Shown: in pieces, positions 18,737 to 28,399 of the stretch | How positions within the stretch are numbered: the stretch's first letter is position 1 | Layout of the letters: each line of letters opens with the position of its first letter | Sequence record: NC_028829.1 | Reading direction: 5' to 3' (one strand) | DNA: 64,000 nucleotides | Notes under the pieces: generated by a model | Seen by the model: the letters and a program-made list of their open reading frames with translations, nothing else | Databases searched by the model: none | What the model was told of the DNA's origin: nothing | Made by a program: the position numbers and the translations under genes

Positions 18737-19296
18737 TATGCACCCTTCTGCAAGTCGCGAATTTGAACCCCGTGGTCGTCGAGAACACCAAGATGATTTT
18801 TCACAACATAGTTTACATTCTTTTCGTATGTGTTCGCGTGACTGCTCAAGATCTTTTTCGCTGCGTCTGTCTTAGCTTCGTGAATGTATTGAAGTACTGT
18901 CGCTTTTCCAACCTCAATTGAAGTGAACTTCTTATGACGGTACGACTTATCGACAATCATTTCAGCGATACATTGTTCGATTAATGCAATGATACCGGTT
19001 TTCGGGACTGCTTTGCGACCATCTTTATATGGAACAGATACGATGCCTAGTTTGTCTGCTTCTTTACGACATAGGTAGCGAAAAACAGAAACATTTTCTA
19101 CTAAGTTTTTCTTACCGACATATCGAGACAACAACCCTTTCTCTACACCTTCTCGCAGTTCATCATGAACTCGGCGGCGAATTGAGTCGATGTAAAACGG
19201 ATCCAATGAGTCGTCATAACGATCTTGTGCAATCTCATATGTGCTAAGATTGTATACGCCTTTAAATGAAAGTGCTAAATTTACTGCTTGGTTCAT
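18736..19296 (-). CDS. hypothetical protein
   Basis: GAGAGAAATATTATG start. Confidence 0.8.
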   Translation of the reverse strand: MNQAVNLALSFKGVYNLSTYEIAQDRYDDSLDPFYIDSIRRRVHDELREGVEKGLLSRYVGKKNLVENVSVFRYLCRKEADKLGIVSVPYKDGRKAVPKTGIIALIEQCIAEMIVDKSYRHKKFTSIEVGKATVLQYIHEAKTDAAKKILSSHANTYEKNVNYVVKNHLGVLDDHGVQIRDLQKGA

Positions 19297-19328
19297 AATA
19301 TTTCTCTCAGAATTTTGAATTGTGAAGA

Positions 19329-19964
19329 TTAACGGTTGTTTACGAATTTTGCGATATCTTCAATGGTCAGACCATTTTCTGACATATTATTGACAACGCA
19401 TTCAAGTGCTTTGCATTTATCGTGTTGTTCAACAATTTCTTCTGCTTGTCGAACTGTTGTACACGATTTACCGCTTAATTTTGATACTAATTTTACAAAC
19501 TTTTCGTCTGAACGTTTTCGACCCTCTATAACTTTTGACATTTCATCCATTGTTACGTCGCCGCGATTGACTGCGATTTGCGAGCCTAATGGCGTGTTAA
19601 GTCGAAGATCTTGACTCTCAACTGAGTTTATTTTGCTCGTCTTGCAGTTTTTTCTCTTTTCTCGATTTTTGATCTGTTCGATTCGCTTTTCTTCTTTATA
19701 ACGACGGTGTAACTCAAGTGCTTCTTCGTAATGTTCTTTGATGCAGTAGTAGCAATTCTCAACCGTATCGCCAGTCATTTCTACAAATTCATCAAATGTG
19801 ATCGGAGTATACTTGCTTATATACTTCTTAGTAACGATTTTAATCTTAGTGGCACTTCCATCAGTATAGTTCAGAAAGTATTGAGATGGTGTTAAGTGAG
19901 CAGCTACAAAAAAAAGCCCGTTACAAGTGAAGATTTTCACGTCTTTAATATCATTGATGTTCAT
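19329..19964 (-). CDS. hypothetical protein
   Basis: AAGGA RBS, 211 aa. Confidence 0.8.
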   Translation of the reverse strand: MNINDIKDVKIFTCNGLFFVAAHLTPSQYFLNYTDGSATKIKIVTKKYISKYTPITFDEFVEMTGDTVENCYYCIKEHYEEALELHRRYKEEKRIEQIKNREKRKNCKTSKINSVESQDLRLNTPLGSQIAVNRGDVTMDEMSKVIEGRKRSDEKFVKLVSKLSGKSCTTVRQAEEIVEQHDKCKALECVVNNMSENGLTIEDIAKFVNNR

Positions 19965-20145
19965 AATATGTCCTTAAAATGTATCAGATAGTGTTGTAAT
20001 CAGTTCGAAAGATTCTAGCTCATGAACTTCGTACGTGTCAAGAACTAATTCAGCATGTGAAAGTTTTTGTACTTCACACTTGTTATCTCGATGAGATTTC
20101 ACAATAAAATCTTCACCGTTAATACGTCTGATTTGATTTACCATT

Positions 20146-20391
20146 TTATCTGCCTTTTAGCTTGTTTACAACCATTATGAATAACTTTTCTACAGCAATT
20201 GCCGACCCAATCACAATTATAAAGATTAAAATAAAGGGCCATAACATACCAATCAATAGAACACGTTGAGCAAAATCACTCGTTGTCTTCTCTTTGTTGT
20301 TTTTAACTTCGTAGTAAATGTAATACGCGATAATCAACAACATAACACCGAAGTACGAACCGAAGTATACGATATCTGTAATATCAGACAT
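20146..20391 (-). CDS. small membrane protein
   Basis: Two TM segments, LWPF motif. Confidence 0.75.
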   Translation of the reverse strand: MSDITDIVYFGSYFGVMLLIIAYYIYYEVKNNKEKTTSDFAQRVLLIGMLWPFILIFIIVIGSAIAVEKLFIMVVNKLKGR

Positions 20392-20695
20392 TTATCACCT
20401 CCCAATACTTCTTGTAATTCTCTTGAAAGTGTGTCAGTGCATCATCGTATGTCTCACCGTCGAAATCAACATCTGCCGCTTTGACAAAACACAGACGCTT
20501 AACCATACCTGGCTTACCGCACGGGTAGAACAAGTCTAATTCGTCATTGAACATGCGAACATCAGTAATGTTATCGCGAAGCTCTTCAGCAGTGTTAATC
20601 GGGATTCTGTCGTATACAACTCGCGATTTAATTAACGCTAACATGTTGTGCCTCACCTTGATAATGCTCCAATGATACGCTCGTATGATCTGCAA
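20384..20695 (-). CDS. hypothetical protein
   Basis: Intact ORF; true start possibly further downstream. Confidence 0.65.
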   Translation of the reverse strand: MQIIRAYHWSIIKVRHNMLALIKSRVVYDRIPINTAEELRDNITDVRMFNDELDLFYPCGKPGMVKRLCFVKAADVDFDGETYDDALTHFQENYKKYWEVINV

Positions 20696-20864
20696 GCGTG
20701 ATTAAACCTTTCTTGAGTAAAGCACGACACGTAATTGTCATCGGCAATACACACGGTCTGTTTTGCTGCTCATGAAAGCATAGCTTGTTATTGCTAGTAT
20801 AAGCGTATGCAATCATTGTGCCGTTGCGTAGACCTTCTAGAATGCGCTCTTGTTGTCTTGTCAT
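20628..20864 (-). CDS. hypothetical protein
   Basis: Start moved to MTRQQE. Confidence 0.65.
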   Translation of the reverse strand: MTRQQERILEGLRNGTMIAYAYTSNNKLCFHEQQNRPCVLPMTITCRALLKKGLITLADHTSVSLEHYQGEAQHVSVN

Positions 20865-21163
20865 AGTCCCAACGCCCATCGTTCTTCTTTGCTTAGTTTC
20901 GCTAACGCAGATTGCTTTAGACTCTCTCTATGCGCGGCTGTGCTTTCGTCAAGTGACTCGTACACTGTAATTTCTTTAACATCCCAATCAGGATACGTTT
21001 CATTTCGCCAGTCGCCTTTTGCAGGCTTGCGACCCATGACACCAGTCTTACCTTTAGTACAAGCCCATGCATCATCTTCGTTTGTGAAATACGCGGTTGG
21101 TTTCATCATACCGCGACCTTCAGTCATGTCAGTTTGATAGCGTACAACATAAATCTTTTGCAT
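20861..21163 (-). CDS. hypothetical protein
   Basis: Intact ORF, GGAG RBS. Confidence 0.8.
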   Translation of the reverse strand: MQKIYVVRYQTDMTEGRGMMKPTAYFTNEDDAWACTKGKTGVMGRKPAKGDWRNETYPDWDVKEITVYESLDESTAAHRESLKQSALAKLSKEERWALGL

Positions 21164-21747
21164 TACAGTGCTCCCATTACTACTAGTTTCTTCTTGAATA
21201 CGTCTAGACGTTGCTCAAATGCATTGCCTTCAGAGTCGTTGCTCATGATGTACCAATCTTTGTACTTGCCACGCTGCTCAAATGTGATGTCAGTCATACC
21301 AAGAATCTCTATTGCTTTCTCAGCTACTAAATCACGTGCTGCTTGACCACGTACGTTAGTTTTCTTTGGCGCTTCAGTTTTCTCAACTGCCTTCGCTTTC
21401 GGCTCAACTGCTTTCTCAACTTTTGGCGCAGTGACTTTCGCAACTAGCTCTTCGTATTGACCAACGAAGTCATTTTGTGCAATCGCCATTTCAGCAATTT
21501 GACCCGCAGTGTGCTGAACATCATTCAACTCAGCTTGCAAGTAAGCTTTCGCTTCTTTAAGTGTGTCACCGCATACTTCAGTCACTGATACGTGTGCGTC
21601 TGAGTTTTCGTCGTAACATACAGCAGCGCGTAGTACAATCTCATCTGCTTCTTCAGTAGCAAAGATAGTGAAATCTTTGTATAAAATAGTGCTGATACCG
21701 AATTCGCGAATGTCTTTGATTTTGATGTTGTTTAGATTGCTTGGCAT
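21163..21747 (-). CDS. hypothetical early protein (Lys/Ala-rich linker)
   Basis: First gene after promoter 21803-21831; strong RBS. Confidence 0.85.
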   Translation of the reverse strand: MPSNLNNIKIKDIREFGISTILYKDFTIFATEEADEIVLRAAVCYDENSDAHVSVTEVCGDTLKEAKAYLQAELNDVQHTAGQIAEMAIAQNDFVGQYEELVAKVTAPKVEKAVEPKAKAVEKTEAPKKTNVRGQAARDLVAEKAIEILGMTDITFEQRGKYKDWYIMSNDSEGNAFEQRLDVFKKKLVVMGAL

Positions 21748-21802
21748 AATGTTCTCTCTTAGTTAAGTCGTTTAAGATTGTGTATCTCGTTTCGATGTAG
21801 AT

Positions 21803-21831
21803 ATAATACTAAATCACCATTCACCACGCAA
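21803..21831 (-). promoter_or_regulatory. early promoter
   Basis: TTGCGT-17bp-TATTAT, ATCTACATCGAAACGAGATAC leader, A-tracts upstream. Confidence 0.8.
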
Positions 21832-21882
21832 CCACTTTTTGCAAAAAACTTAAACTTTTTTCTTTTATTTTTCTTCAGACCT

Positions 21883-21908
21883 AAAAAAGCCCCAATTAAG
21901 GGGCTTTT
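21883..21908 (-). terminator. intrinsic terminator
   Basis: AAAAGCCCC/GGGGCTTTT stem plus T tract. Confidence 0.85.
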
Positions 21909-21909
21909 A

Positions 21910-22203
21910 TTAACGGCTAATTAAATCTTCACCGCTTTTTATCTTTTCAATCTGACCACGATCTAATCGAGAACCGCGTTTAGTTACAAGAGAAGTAAAC
22001 TGCGCGACGCTTGCTGTTTTCACTTCACTTACACTCACACCTGTATACTCAACATAATGAACTGTATCACCTGATACATTCCAATTACCAGAATCATCAG
22101 TTACATCTAACACAACTAGATCGATGTTTCGATTCGGCGTGTTGTATATGAAATTTTTCGATACGCGCATGACCGACTCGTTGAATTCTTTAAAGCTTTT
22201 CAT
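21910..22203 (-). CDS. putative internal head protein (capsid-targeting-like N-terminus)
   Basis: MKSFKEFNE resembles T4 CTS MKTYQEFIAE; own late-like promoter and terminator. Confidence 0.6.
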   Translation of the reverse strand: MKSFKEFNESVMRVSKNFIYNTPNRNIDLVVLDVTDDSGNWNVSGDTVHYVEYTGVSVSEVKTASVAQFTSLVTKRGSRLDRGQIEKIKSGEDLISR

Positions 22204-22232
22204 TGTTGTTCCTTATTTGATGACTTACGTAT

Positions 22233-22240
22233 TACTTATG
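22233..22240 (-). promoter_or_regulatory. late promoter-like CATAAGTA
   Basis: Variant of T4 TATAAATA 30 nt upstream of ATG 22203. Confidence 0.45.
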
Positions 22241-22520
22241 ATAGATCAATTGTCACTGGCGGTTCAAGACCTATACTTCTGTAATACGCATGTTTTATCG
22301 GACGACTGAATTCACGCTCTGCGTCGATAGTCGTTATATCGTTTTCAATACACACTGTGATAATGTGCTCTAACCAACCACCAATCTTTAGATCGGGCCA
22401 ATGTGAATTAGCTAGTAGCACATCAATCATAGATAGACAACGGTCACGCTTCTCAACTGGTAAGTGAACAGACAACAAAGCCGCCCGCTCACATAACGAA
22501 GTTAATGTACATTTGTCCAT
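22236..22520 (-). CDS. hypothetical protein
   Basis: Intact ORF in operon. Confidence 0.75.
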   Translation of the reverse strand: MDKCTLTSLCERAALLSVHLPVEKRDRCLSMIDVLLANSHWPDLKIGGWLEHIITVCIENDITTIDAEREFSRPIKHAYYRSIGLEPPVTIDLS

Positions 22521-22843
22521 TACTTGTAAACAGTCATTGTCACTTGATGCGGGTGTACTTCTGTTACATCGTCAAGTGTCGGCATGTCTAAATCCATGTC
22601 ACTGGCACAGTTATCACCAGTAATGTGATAATCGAATGTCTGGAAGTAACGCTCTACGCCGTCGATGTCAACAGCATGTACGACAGAACGAACGTCATAC
22701 CAACGATGCTCAGAATCGGTTTCTTCTTGGACGACTCGCTTGCTCAAACATTCTACAAATGTTTCATACATCGAATCTGGCTCGTTTGAATAACCATGTT
22801 CGTCGTTGTACGCTTTTACTGCGTCATATAGTGCTTGGCTCAT
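22520..22843 (-). CDS. acidic hypothetical protein
   Basis: Start moved to MSQALY. Confidence 0.75.
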   Translation of the reverse strand: MSQALYDAVKAYNDEHGYSNEPDSMYETFVECLSKRVVQEETDSEHRWYDVRSVVHAVDIDGVERYFQTFDYHITGDNCASDMDLDMPTLDDVTEVHPHQVTMTVYK

Positions 22844-23187
22844 TTTGCCCACCCCATTTTGTATAGTAGTTCGCAAGTTGCTTCAACGTCATTTTCGACA
22901 TCGGCAACCCATTCGAATAGCTTTTCGTTAATATTACATACGGCATACACGTCCATGTAACCGCTCATATACGTACTTTCTTCTTCAAGAACTTTCACGT
23001 ATGATTCGTCGTATTGAACAACTTTACCGTCGGCATCGACTTCAATCGAATACGATTCTTCGGGATCATCTTCAACTAGCTTCATGACATCTAGAAACTT
23101 GTCTAAACACGGGTCTGTCATCGGTATAAAACGATGCCATGTTTCACCTTCGTGATCGTTATATTCTGTATAACGTACGTATTTCAT
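22840..23187 (-). CDS. acidic hypothetical protein
   Basis: Intact ORF in operon. Confidence 0.75.
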   Translation of the reverse strand: MKYVRYTEYNDHEGETWHRFIPMTDPCLDKFLDVMKLVEDDPEESYSIEVDADGKVVQYDESYVKVLEEESTYMSGYMDVYAVCNINEKLFEWVADVENDVEATCELLYKMGWAK

Positions 23188-23486
23188 CCCAACACCCTTT
23201 TCACTTTCAAATATGTTTCGTAATCGGTCTTCTGAATTTGCGCTTCAGAACCGATTACACCTTTAAGACGATAATTTATATTGTCATCGTCTGAATCAAA
23301 ATGCATACGAGTACCACAGTCAATGCATTTCACTTCATTCCAATAACAATCACACGTCGGGTCGTAATTGCCCGTGTTAGACTTGAGTTCATAAGCCACA
23401 CGAGTATGTTGGCAACGACTGCGCTCTTGTTCTAACTTATGTTGAAGCTCGGCAATCTGCGCTTCTAATTCAAATACGCTGTCCAT
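23184..23486 (-). CDS. Cys-containing hypothetical protein (paralog of 24065..24397)
   Basis: ELEAQ...RCQHTRV.Y...EVKCIDC. Confidence 0.75.
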   Translation of the reverse strand: MDSVFELEAQIAELQHKLEQERSRCQHTRVAYELKSNTGNYDPTCDCYWNEVKCIDCGTRMHFDSDDDNINYRLKGVIGSEAQIQKTDYETYLKVKRVLG

Positions 23487-24056
23487 CTAAATCCCCTTTA
23501 GAAAATGCTTACGACACATACTACGGTAATCAGTATCACCGATATGTGTCTGCTCGCCTTCTGTTACGCGCTCACCCTCGATGTACAAGCCGATATGAGT
23601 TGCTTTCTTATGACAACCATCAACTGAACACATTGCTTTGATTTCGCGAATCTCATCGGCATGACACATCAACGCAGCAGACCCCGCAAACAAATTACCC
23701 ATGTAATCATTACGTATGCCATAACAAAGCACTGGTATGTTGTATTGATCAACCAGAGTAGCAAGCTGAAGTACTTGTTTCTCAGTTAGAAACTGACATT
23801 CGTCAACGAAAATCGCAGCAGGAACTAGTTCAAATAACGCATAGTCAATGAAGTCGAAGTCCTCAGAGTACAATACTGCATCATGCTCAAGCCCAATACG
23901 ACTTGAGATCTTACCAGTTCCACCAAAACGATTGTCTTGATAGTAGTTAAAATACCACACAGTAGAACCAGTCTGTTCATAGTTATGAGCAGCTTGTAAT
24001 AGCTGTGCAGATTTGCCCGCGTTCATAGCGGAATAATTGTAGTAAAGTTTTGCCAT
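23487..24056 (-). CDS. tk: thymidine kinase
   Basis: LYYNYSAMNAGKS, ISSRIG, VDECQFL, YGIRNDY, C...C and YRSMCRKH. Confidence 0.96.
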   Translation of the reverse strand: MAKLYYNYSAMNAGKSAQLLQAAHNYEQTGSTVWYFNYYQDNRFGGTGKISSRIGLEHDAVLYSEDFDFIDYALFELVPAAIFVDECQFLTEKQVLQLATLVDQYNIPVLCYGIRNDYMGNLFAGSAALMCHADEIREIKAMCSVDGCHKKATHIGLYIEGERVTEGEQTHIGDTDYRSMCRKHFLKGI

Positions 24057-24064
24057 GTTAGCCC

Positions 24065-24397
24065 TTAATATGGATATGGTGGAACTGGCTCACCGTCAAT
24101 CGCTGCTTTAACTTGCAAGTAGATTTTGTACTTCTCTTCTTCAATACTCAAATCACTACCAATCTCACGTTGCATATGATAGTTTAATATATCAACATGA
24201 GAGTAGAAACGATGTACGGTCTTGCAGTCAATACAACGAACATCACGCCAATTCATACCGCCATCTGAGCCATTCGTATAAGTGACTCTTGTATGACGAC
24301 ATTTATCACGCTCTTCGTCAATCTCTTTCTGAAGAGCTTTCATTTGCGCTTCTAATTCAACTATTCTCATTAGATAATCACCATTGACAACCATCAA
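24065..24397 (-). CDS. Cys-containing hypothetical protein
   Basis: ELEAQ...KCRHTRV.Y...DVRCIDC. Confidence 0.75.
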   Translation of the reverse strand: MMVVNGDYLMRIVELEAQMKALQKEIDEERDKCRHTRVTYTNGSDGGMNWRDVRCIDCKTVHRFYSHVDILNYHMQREIGSDLSIEEEKYKIYLQVKAAIDGEPVPPYPY

Positions 24398-25317
24398 TTA
24401 TCTTCATTTTTCTCATAATCACTTAGTTCATACGGCTTCATGTTCGTATAACCTGTATCTGATTCTTTGAATTTCGTCTGTGGCTGTGCATTAACAACAA
24501 ATGAACCGAACTTCTTCGTTTCAAGCCAGTCGATGATCTCATCTAACCACGTCTCAATACCGAAGTAATCACTCCATACTTGTAGACGACGAAACTTACG
24601 AATCGCATCGGCAACGCTGTCTTCATCTACGTCAGTTAGCTTACACTTAGGGCCAGGTAAATCAACATGTTTAACATCGATGAAATCAGGGTGTGACAAG
24701 CTCTTCATTTCACGCCATTTACCATGTACGTCGCGCATATGACGATCATTGGCATACAGATCAGTTGTAATACGACCAATCGAGTATCTAATACCCTCTT
24801 TGAATTGCTTCTCTGTTACATGACCTTGAGCATGACCCGCAGGTGAGATGAAACGTATGATTTCGAAATCACATGAGAACGGTTGACCATAATCACCTTG
24901 TAATACGAAATTGTGAATATCACAACGACCTGTCATACTGACATTACGACATGCATTCGGCTTTAATGTTCTATTCGTGTAATCTTTTTCTTGAGTGTCA
25001 GAAAGTAAAACTACGTCTTTCCCGTTGACATTGATTACACGCTTTTCGTATAAGTCAGATTGAGCTTCTAACGGAGCGCGTGTCTCTACACCATGCGTGT
25101 CATGTTCATCGAGATAGTCATTTGGTAGATAATCTAAACTCCAACGACCGCAACATGAACCACAAGACGCTGGACATAAAAATCCCTTGCGTATGTTCTC
25201 TTGAATGCGCATGGTCTTAGGTACATATAGATTACCCTTATATCGAAAGGGTGTTTTACTCACCATCGACATATACATGGCAATCTTGTCTACTGAATCA
25301 ACTTTCACGCAATGCAC
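24394..25317 (-). CDS. YkgJ/CxxCxxCC-like cysteine-cluster (Fe-S or Zn) protein
   Basis: CPASCGSCC ... ACRNV...GRCDIH ... PFSC. Confidence 0.65.
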   Translation of the reverse strand: MHCVKVDSVDKIAMYMSMVSKTPFRYKGNLYVPKTMRIQENIRKGFLCPASCGSCCGRWSLDYLPNDYLDEHDTHGVETRAPLEAQSDLYEKRVINVNGKDVVLLSDTQEKDYTNRTLKPNACRNVSMTGRCDIHNFVLQGDYGQPFSCDFEIIRFISPAGHAQGHVTEKQFKEGIRYSIGRITTDLYANDRHMRDVHGKWREMKSLSHPDFIDVKHVDLPGPKCKLTDVDEDSVADAIRKFRRLQVWSDYFGIETWLDEIIDWLETKKFGSFVVNAQPQTKFKESDTGYTNMKPYELSDYEKNEDN

Positions 25318-25618
25318 CTTCTACTACTTCAGTCCAGTGAGCACCACCGTTATAGTGATACGTCTCGAAATGAATATCACCGTTTTCTTGCACGTCAGCG
25401 CGTGCAATATGATATAGGTCTTCGCGCTCGGCTTCAAAAGTGACAGTGTAAGGTTTGTCACAAACCAAAACTAGCCCATAATCGACGTGATTATCCAAGA
25501 GATATTCGACTTTAGAATCGTAATAGCTTGGTAAATCTGTTACGAGTTCTTCAGCTAGTTCTTCAATCGACTTTCTAGTGGGATGCAATACCCCTTTATT
25601 ATATTCCATCTGGCTCAT
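25298..25618 (-). CDS. hypothetical protein
   Basis: GAGGA RBS; ends YNGGAHWTE. Confidence 0.8.
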   Translation of the reverse strand: MSQMEYNKGVLHPTRKSIEELAEELVTDLPSYYDSKVEYLLDNHVDYGLVLVCDKPYTVTFEAEREDLYHIARADVQENGDIHFETYHYNGGAHWTEVVEGALRES

Positions 25619-25766
25619 TGTCTTTCCTCGTTTAGCTTACGACATAACTCATAAGCCCCGTTGTAAGTGAAATGATATGAAACAGTTCTTCGGTCGTAGT
25701 TGTCTGAGAATATAACGACTTTCCATAACAACCCGTATAGAGAAGAACGAACGGCGTACATTTTAT

Positions 25767-25952
25767 TCATCGCTTAAACCCGTGCTCTAACATTGCCCCA
25801 TAACCAGTCCCGTTCTGACCACCATGAAAGAACACGTATAACGGCTTGCTATCATGTTCAGTAATAGCAATTATAGTCACTGGCTGACCGTCTATGTTGT
25901 GATAACGACTAGCAGGAGCAGCAGAGACTTTAACAACGTCACCTACGTTCAT
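25767..25952 (-). CDS. hypothetical protein
   Basis: Intact ORF in operon. Confidence 0.7.
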   Translation of the reverse strand: MNVGDVVKVSAAPASRYHNIDGQPVTIIAITEHDSKPLYVFFHGGQNGTGYGAMLEHGFKR

Positions 25953-26383
25953 AGCTCAACCCCTTGCATAGACAACCACGTTTCAAGCTCACGTTTAGCA
26001 TCGACTAGATTGTTTCTCAGTGCATGAAAATCTTTAGAGTGAACTCGATTGCGCTCGACTGTGTGATAATCACTGTAATCGAACATGGCGTAATCAAACC
26101 CCTCTTTATCAATACAACGCTGTAAGATAGATTTATCTTGAGCTGATAAAGTAAGATCTTGTGTTTCAATAGAGCCGAGACAACGTAACTCGCGAATATC
26201 GTAAGTACTAAAGTCAATAGTACCCCAAGCGTGAACATGACCGAGTAGAATATAACGACCATGTTCTTCTTTGTATAGATCATTCATGTCAGTCATATAC
26301 GCTCGTTTGCCTTCGTTGGCATGGTCGTCTGTCATTTCAATAAGACAGATATCATTTGATGTTTGCCAGAAACGGTAAATCAT
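25949..26383 (-). CDS. hypothetical protein
   Basis: GAGG RBS. Confidence 0.8.
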   Translation of the reverse strand: MIYRFWQTSNDICLIEMTDDHANEGKRAYMTDMNDLYKEEHGRYILLGHVHAWGTIDFSTYDIRELRCLGSIETQDLTLSAQDKSILQRCIDKEGFDYAMFDYSDYHTVERNRVHSKDFHALRNNLVDAKRELETWLSMQGVEL

Positions 26384-26547
26384 GTTAATAACCTCGCTTT
26401 GCTCGTTTCGCTTTAATGGCGCGCTTTACACGACGGGAATATTCAGAGTTGTCATTACTCTTCAGTAGGAAATCCTCGTACGATTCTGAACGCTTGTCTA
26501 AGTCTATTCCCGCGGGAGTGTTCATATTACCATTATACATTTGCTTC

Positions 26548-26754
26548 TCACTTTATTACTTTAAATCGACTAGACGTTTTGTTAATGGTCATGTTTGCAC
26601 GATAACCATTAACGATTTTCTTACCAGCTACACTTATAACTTGCATTACAAATGAATACTTGTCTTTCCGAACCGTCACTGGCGAGACAATTTCATAGTT
26701 GAACGCATCGCCGAGCAAAGTCTCTTCTAAAACACTACCTTTTTTGAGTTTCAT
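26548..26754 (-). CDS. hypothetical protein
   Basis: Start moved to MKLKKG. Confidence 0.65.
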   Translation of the reverse strand: MKLKKGSVLEETLLGDAFNYEIVSPVTVRKDKYSFVMQVISVAGKKIVNGYRANMTINKTSSRFKVIK

Positions 26755-27070
26755 TATCAACCCCATACACGTCTGGGAAGTACGTCTTGTATTCTTCAAA
26801 TTGACATGGTTTATGTTCGCGTAGATATTCACCATGTTCAATAATTGCCTTTTCACTCGACCAGAAATCTTCAATACAACCACCACATTCACACTCAGGG
26901 CATTGAATTTCAGTATAAGGTGGCATTTCCCAGCCGTCGTGATGGTCGTAATCATGAATACAATCAGCAACTGCGAAGTCTTTATGACATACAGTACAGC
27001 GACATTCATCTAATACAGGGCCATCACGCTCTTGTTTGACTCTAGCAAGCAATGATCTTAGATTAATCAT
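26735..27070 (-). CDS. Zn-ribbon hypothetical protein
   Basis: CRCTVC ... CPECECGGC; start moved to MINLRS. Confidence 0.7.
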   Translation of the reverse strand: MINLRSLLARVKQERDGPVLDECRCTVCHKDFAVADCIHDYDHHDGWEMPPYTEIQCPECECGGCIEDFWSSEKAIIEHGEYLREHKPCQFEEYKTYFPDVYGVDNETQKR

Positions 27071-27284
27071 TGTTCTTACGTTTGAAAGCTTTATGAGCTT
27101 CAACGAATGGCCATGTGATTGCTGCTAAAAACGCCCCGAGTATAGTCGCAACAATACCGATAATGACAGCACCTAATAGTACCACCAGCCCGACGAAGAA
27201 TTCAATTATCGACCAGATAACCCCAACAATCGCCATAAACACGACTACGAAAACAGTCGCAACACCTACAATTAAATCTTTCAT
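27063..27284 (-). CDS. small membrane protein
   Basis: Long hydrophobic stretch. Confidence 0.75.
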   Translation of the reverse strand: MKDLIVGVATVFVVVFMAIVGVIWSIIEFFVGLVVLLGAVIIGIVATILGAFLAAITWPFVEAHKAFKRKNND

Positions 27285-27592
27285 TATTCACCCTTTGGTT
27301 TAAAACCGTCTTTACCTTCGATAGTCTGAGCAACCCATATGCTTTCGATATCGTCAAAATCATTTGCGATTTGTAACGGCTCGTTCATCAACGCGATGTC
27401 TTGGCTAATGAGTTGTGAGCGAATTTCACTACTAGTATATGCATCACGAGCTTCGTCCCAATTAATCGATTTTCGACCGTATGACTCTTCGTAGTCCATT
27501 CGATAAACCCAAAACGCAAACGCTCTACCACTTTTATATGAAATAACTAATAAGTGTCGCGTATAGTCTAAGTCTTTCAAATCATCTTTCAT
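27284..27592 (-). CDS. hypothetical protein
   Basis: Intact ORF in operon. Confidence 0.75.
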   Translation of the reverse strand: MKDDLKDLDYTRHLLVISYKSGRAFAFWVYRMDYEESYGRKSINWDEARDAYTSSEIRSQLISQDIALMNEPLQIANDFDDIESIWVAQTIEGKDGFKPKGE

Positions 27593-27831
27593 TTTTTATT
27601 TCCCGTGAAATAGTTGATCGTATTCAGCACACGGTCTCTGATAAAGAATAGCACAAGTGCGAACCAGATTAAACTAAAGAAAGCAATGCACTTATGCGTT
27701 TCGATTGATGTAATCGGGAACTTGTTGTCTAACTTGCCTTTGAGTTTGTACATGGCATAATCACCACCAGCAACATACAGATAAGCACCAAGCGCGACAA
27801 GTAGATAAAACGCTAGAATATTAATGATCAT
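27589..27831 (-). CDS. small membrane protein (paralog of 27828..28064)
   Basis: TM-DNKFPIT-TM. Confidence 0.75.
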   Translation of the reverse strand: MIINILAFYLLVALGAYLYVAGGDYAMYKLKGKLDNKFPITSIETHKCIAFFSLIWFALVLFFIRDRVLNTINYFTGNKK

Positions 27832-28064
27832 TTTTCTCTCATTTGTTCAATGTGACATTTAGTTAGAAGAATCAACAACGGTAACCACAATGCTGCAATG
27901 CCCATGTACATCGTATGAGTTCCGACGTGTGTAATCGGGAACTTGTTGTCTGCATAACACCCGTTTTTGAAGTACAAAAACCAGTCGTGTGCTTCACAGT
28001 AAAGAAAGTACACAAGTGCAATACCGAAATACCACGATAAAATAGTTAGCATAGTGGCTGCCAT
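27828..28064 (-). CDS. small membrane protein
   Basis: TM-DNKFPIT-TM. Confidence 0.75.
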   Translation of the reverse strand: MAATMLTILSWYFGIALVYFLYCEAHDWFLYFKNGCYADNKFPITHVGTHTMYMGIAALWLPLLILLTKCHIEQMREK

Positions 28065-28399
28065 AGTTGTTTCATTGTTTTCTGGTGGACTTTCAAGTAC
28101 TCGACAAAGCGCGGTACTTCGTCTTCAGTAATAGAACGAATGAAGAACGGAGCGAAAATACCTTTACGTTGATGCATAATAAAGATCTCGGCGTAGTACG
28201 TATCAAGCGGCGTTTCGCAGTCTTCAGACAAGTTCGGTTTGACATCCCAACGGAATACTAGATTATAATCAACGTCAGCGTCTTCGAACTCGTCTAAAAA
28301 CTCTGTCATTGTCTCAAATACACCACCAGACTCGTTACTATGGTAATTACTATCAGCACAGTAATACGGATGTTCTACTGCTAGTTCAGCTAAAGTCAT
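28046..28399 (-). CDS. conserved phage hypothetical protein
   Basis: HPYYC...DYNLVFRWDV; start moved to MTLAEL after GAGG. Confidence 0.75.
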   Translation of the reverse strand: MTLAELAVEHPYYCADSNYHSNESGGVFETMTEFLDEFEDADVDYNLVFRWDVKPNLSEDCETPLDTYYAEIFIMHQRKGIFAPFFIRSITEDEVPRFVEYLKVHQKTMKQLWQPLC

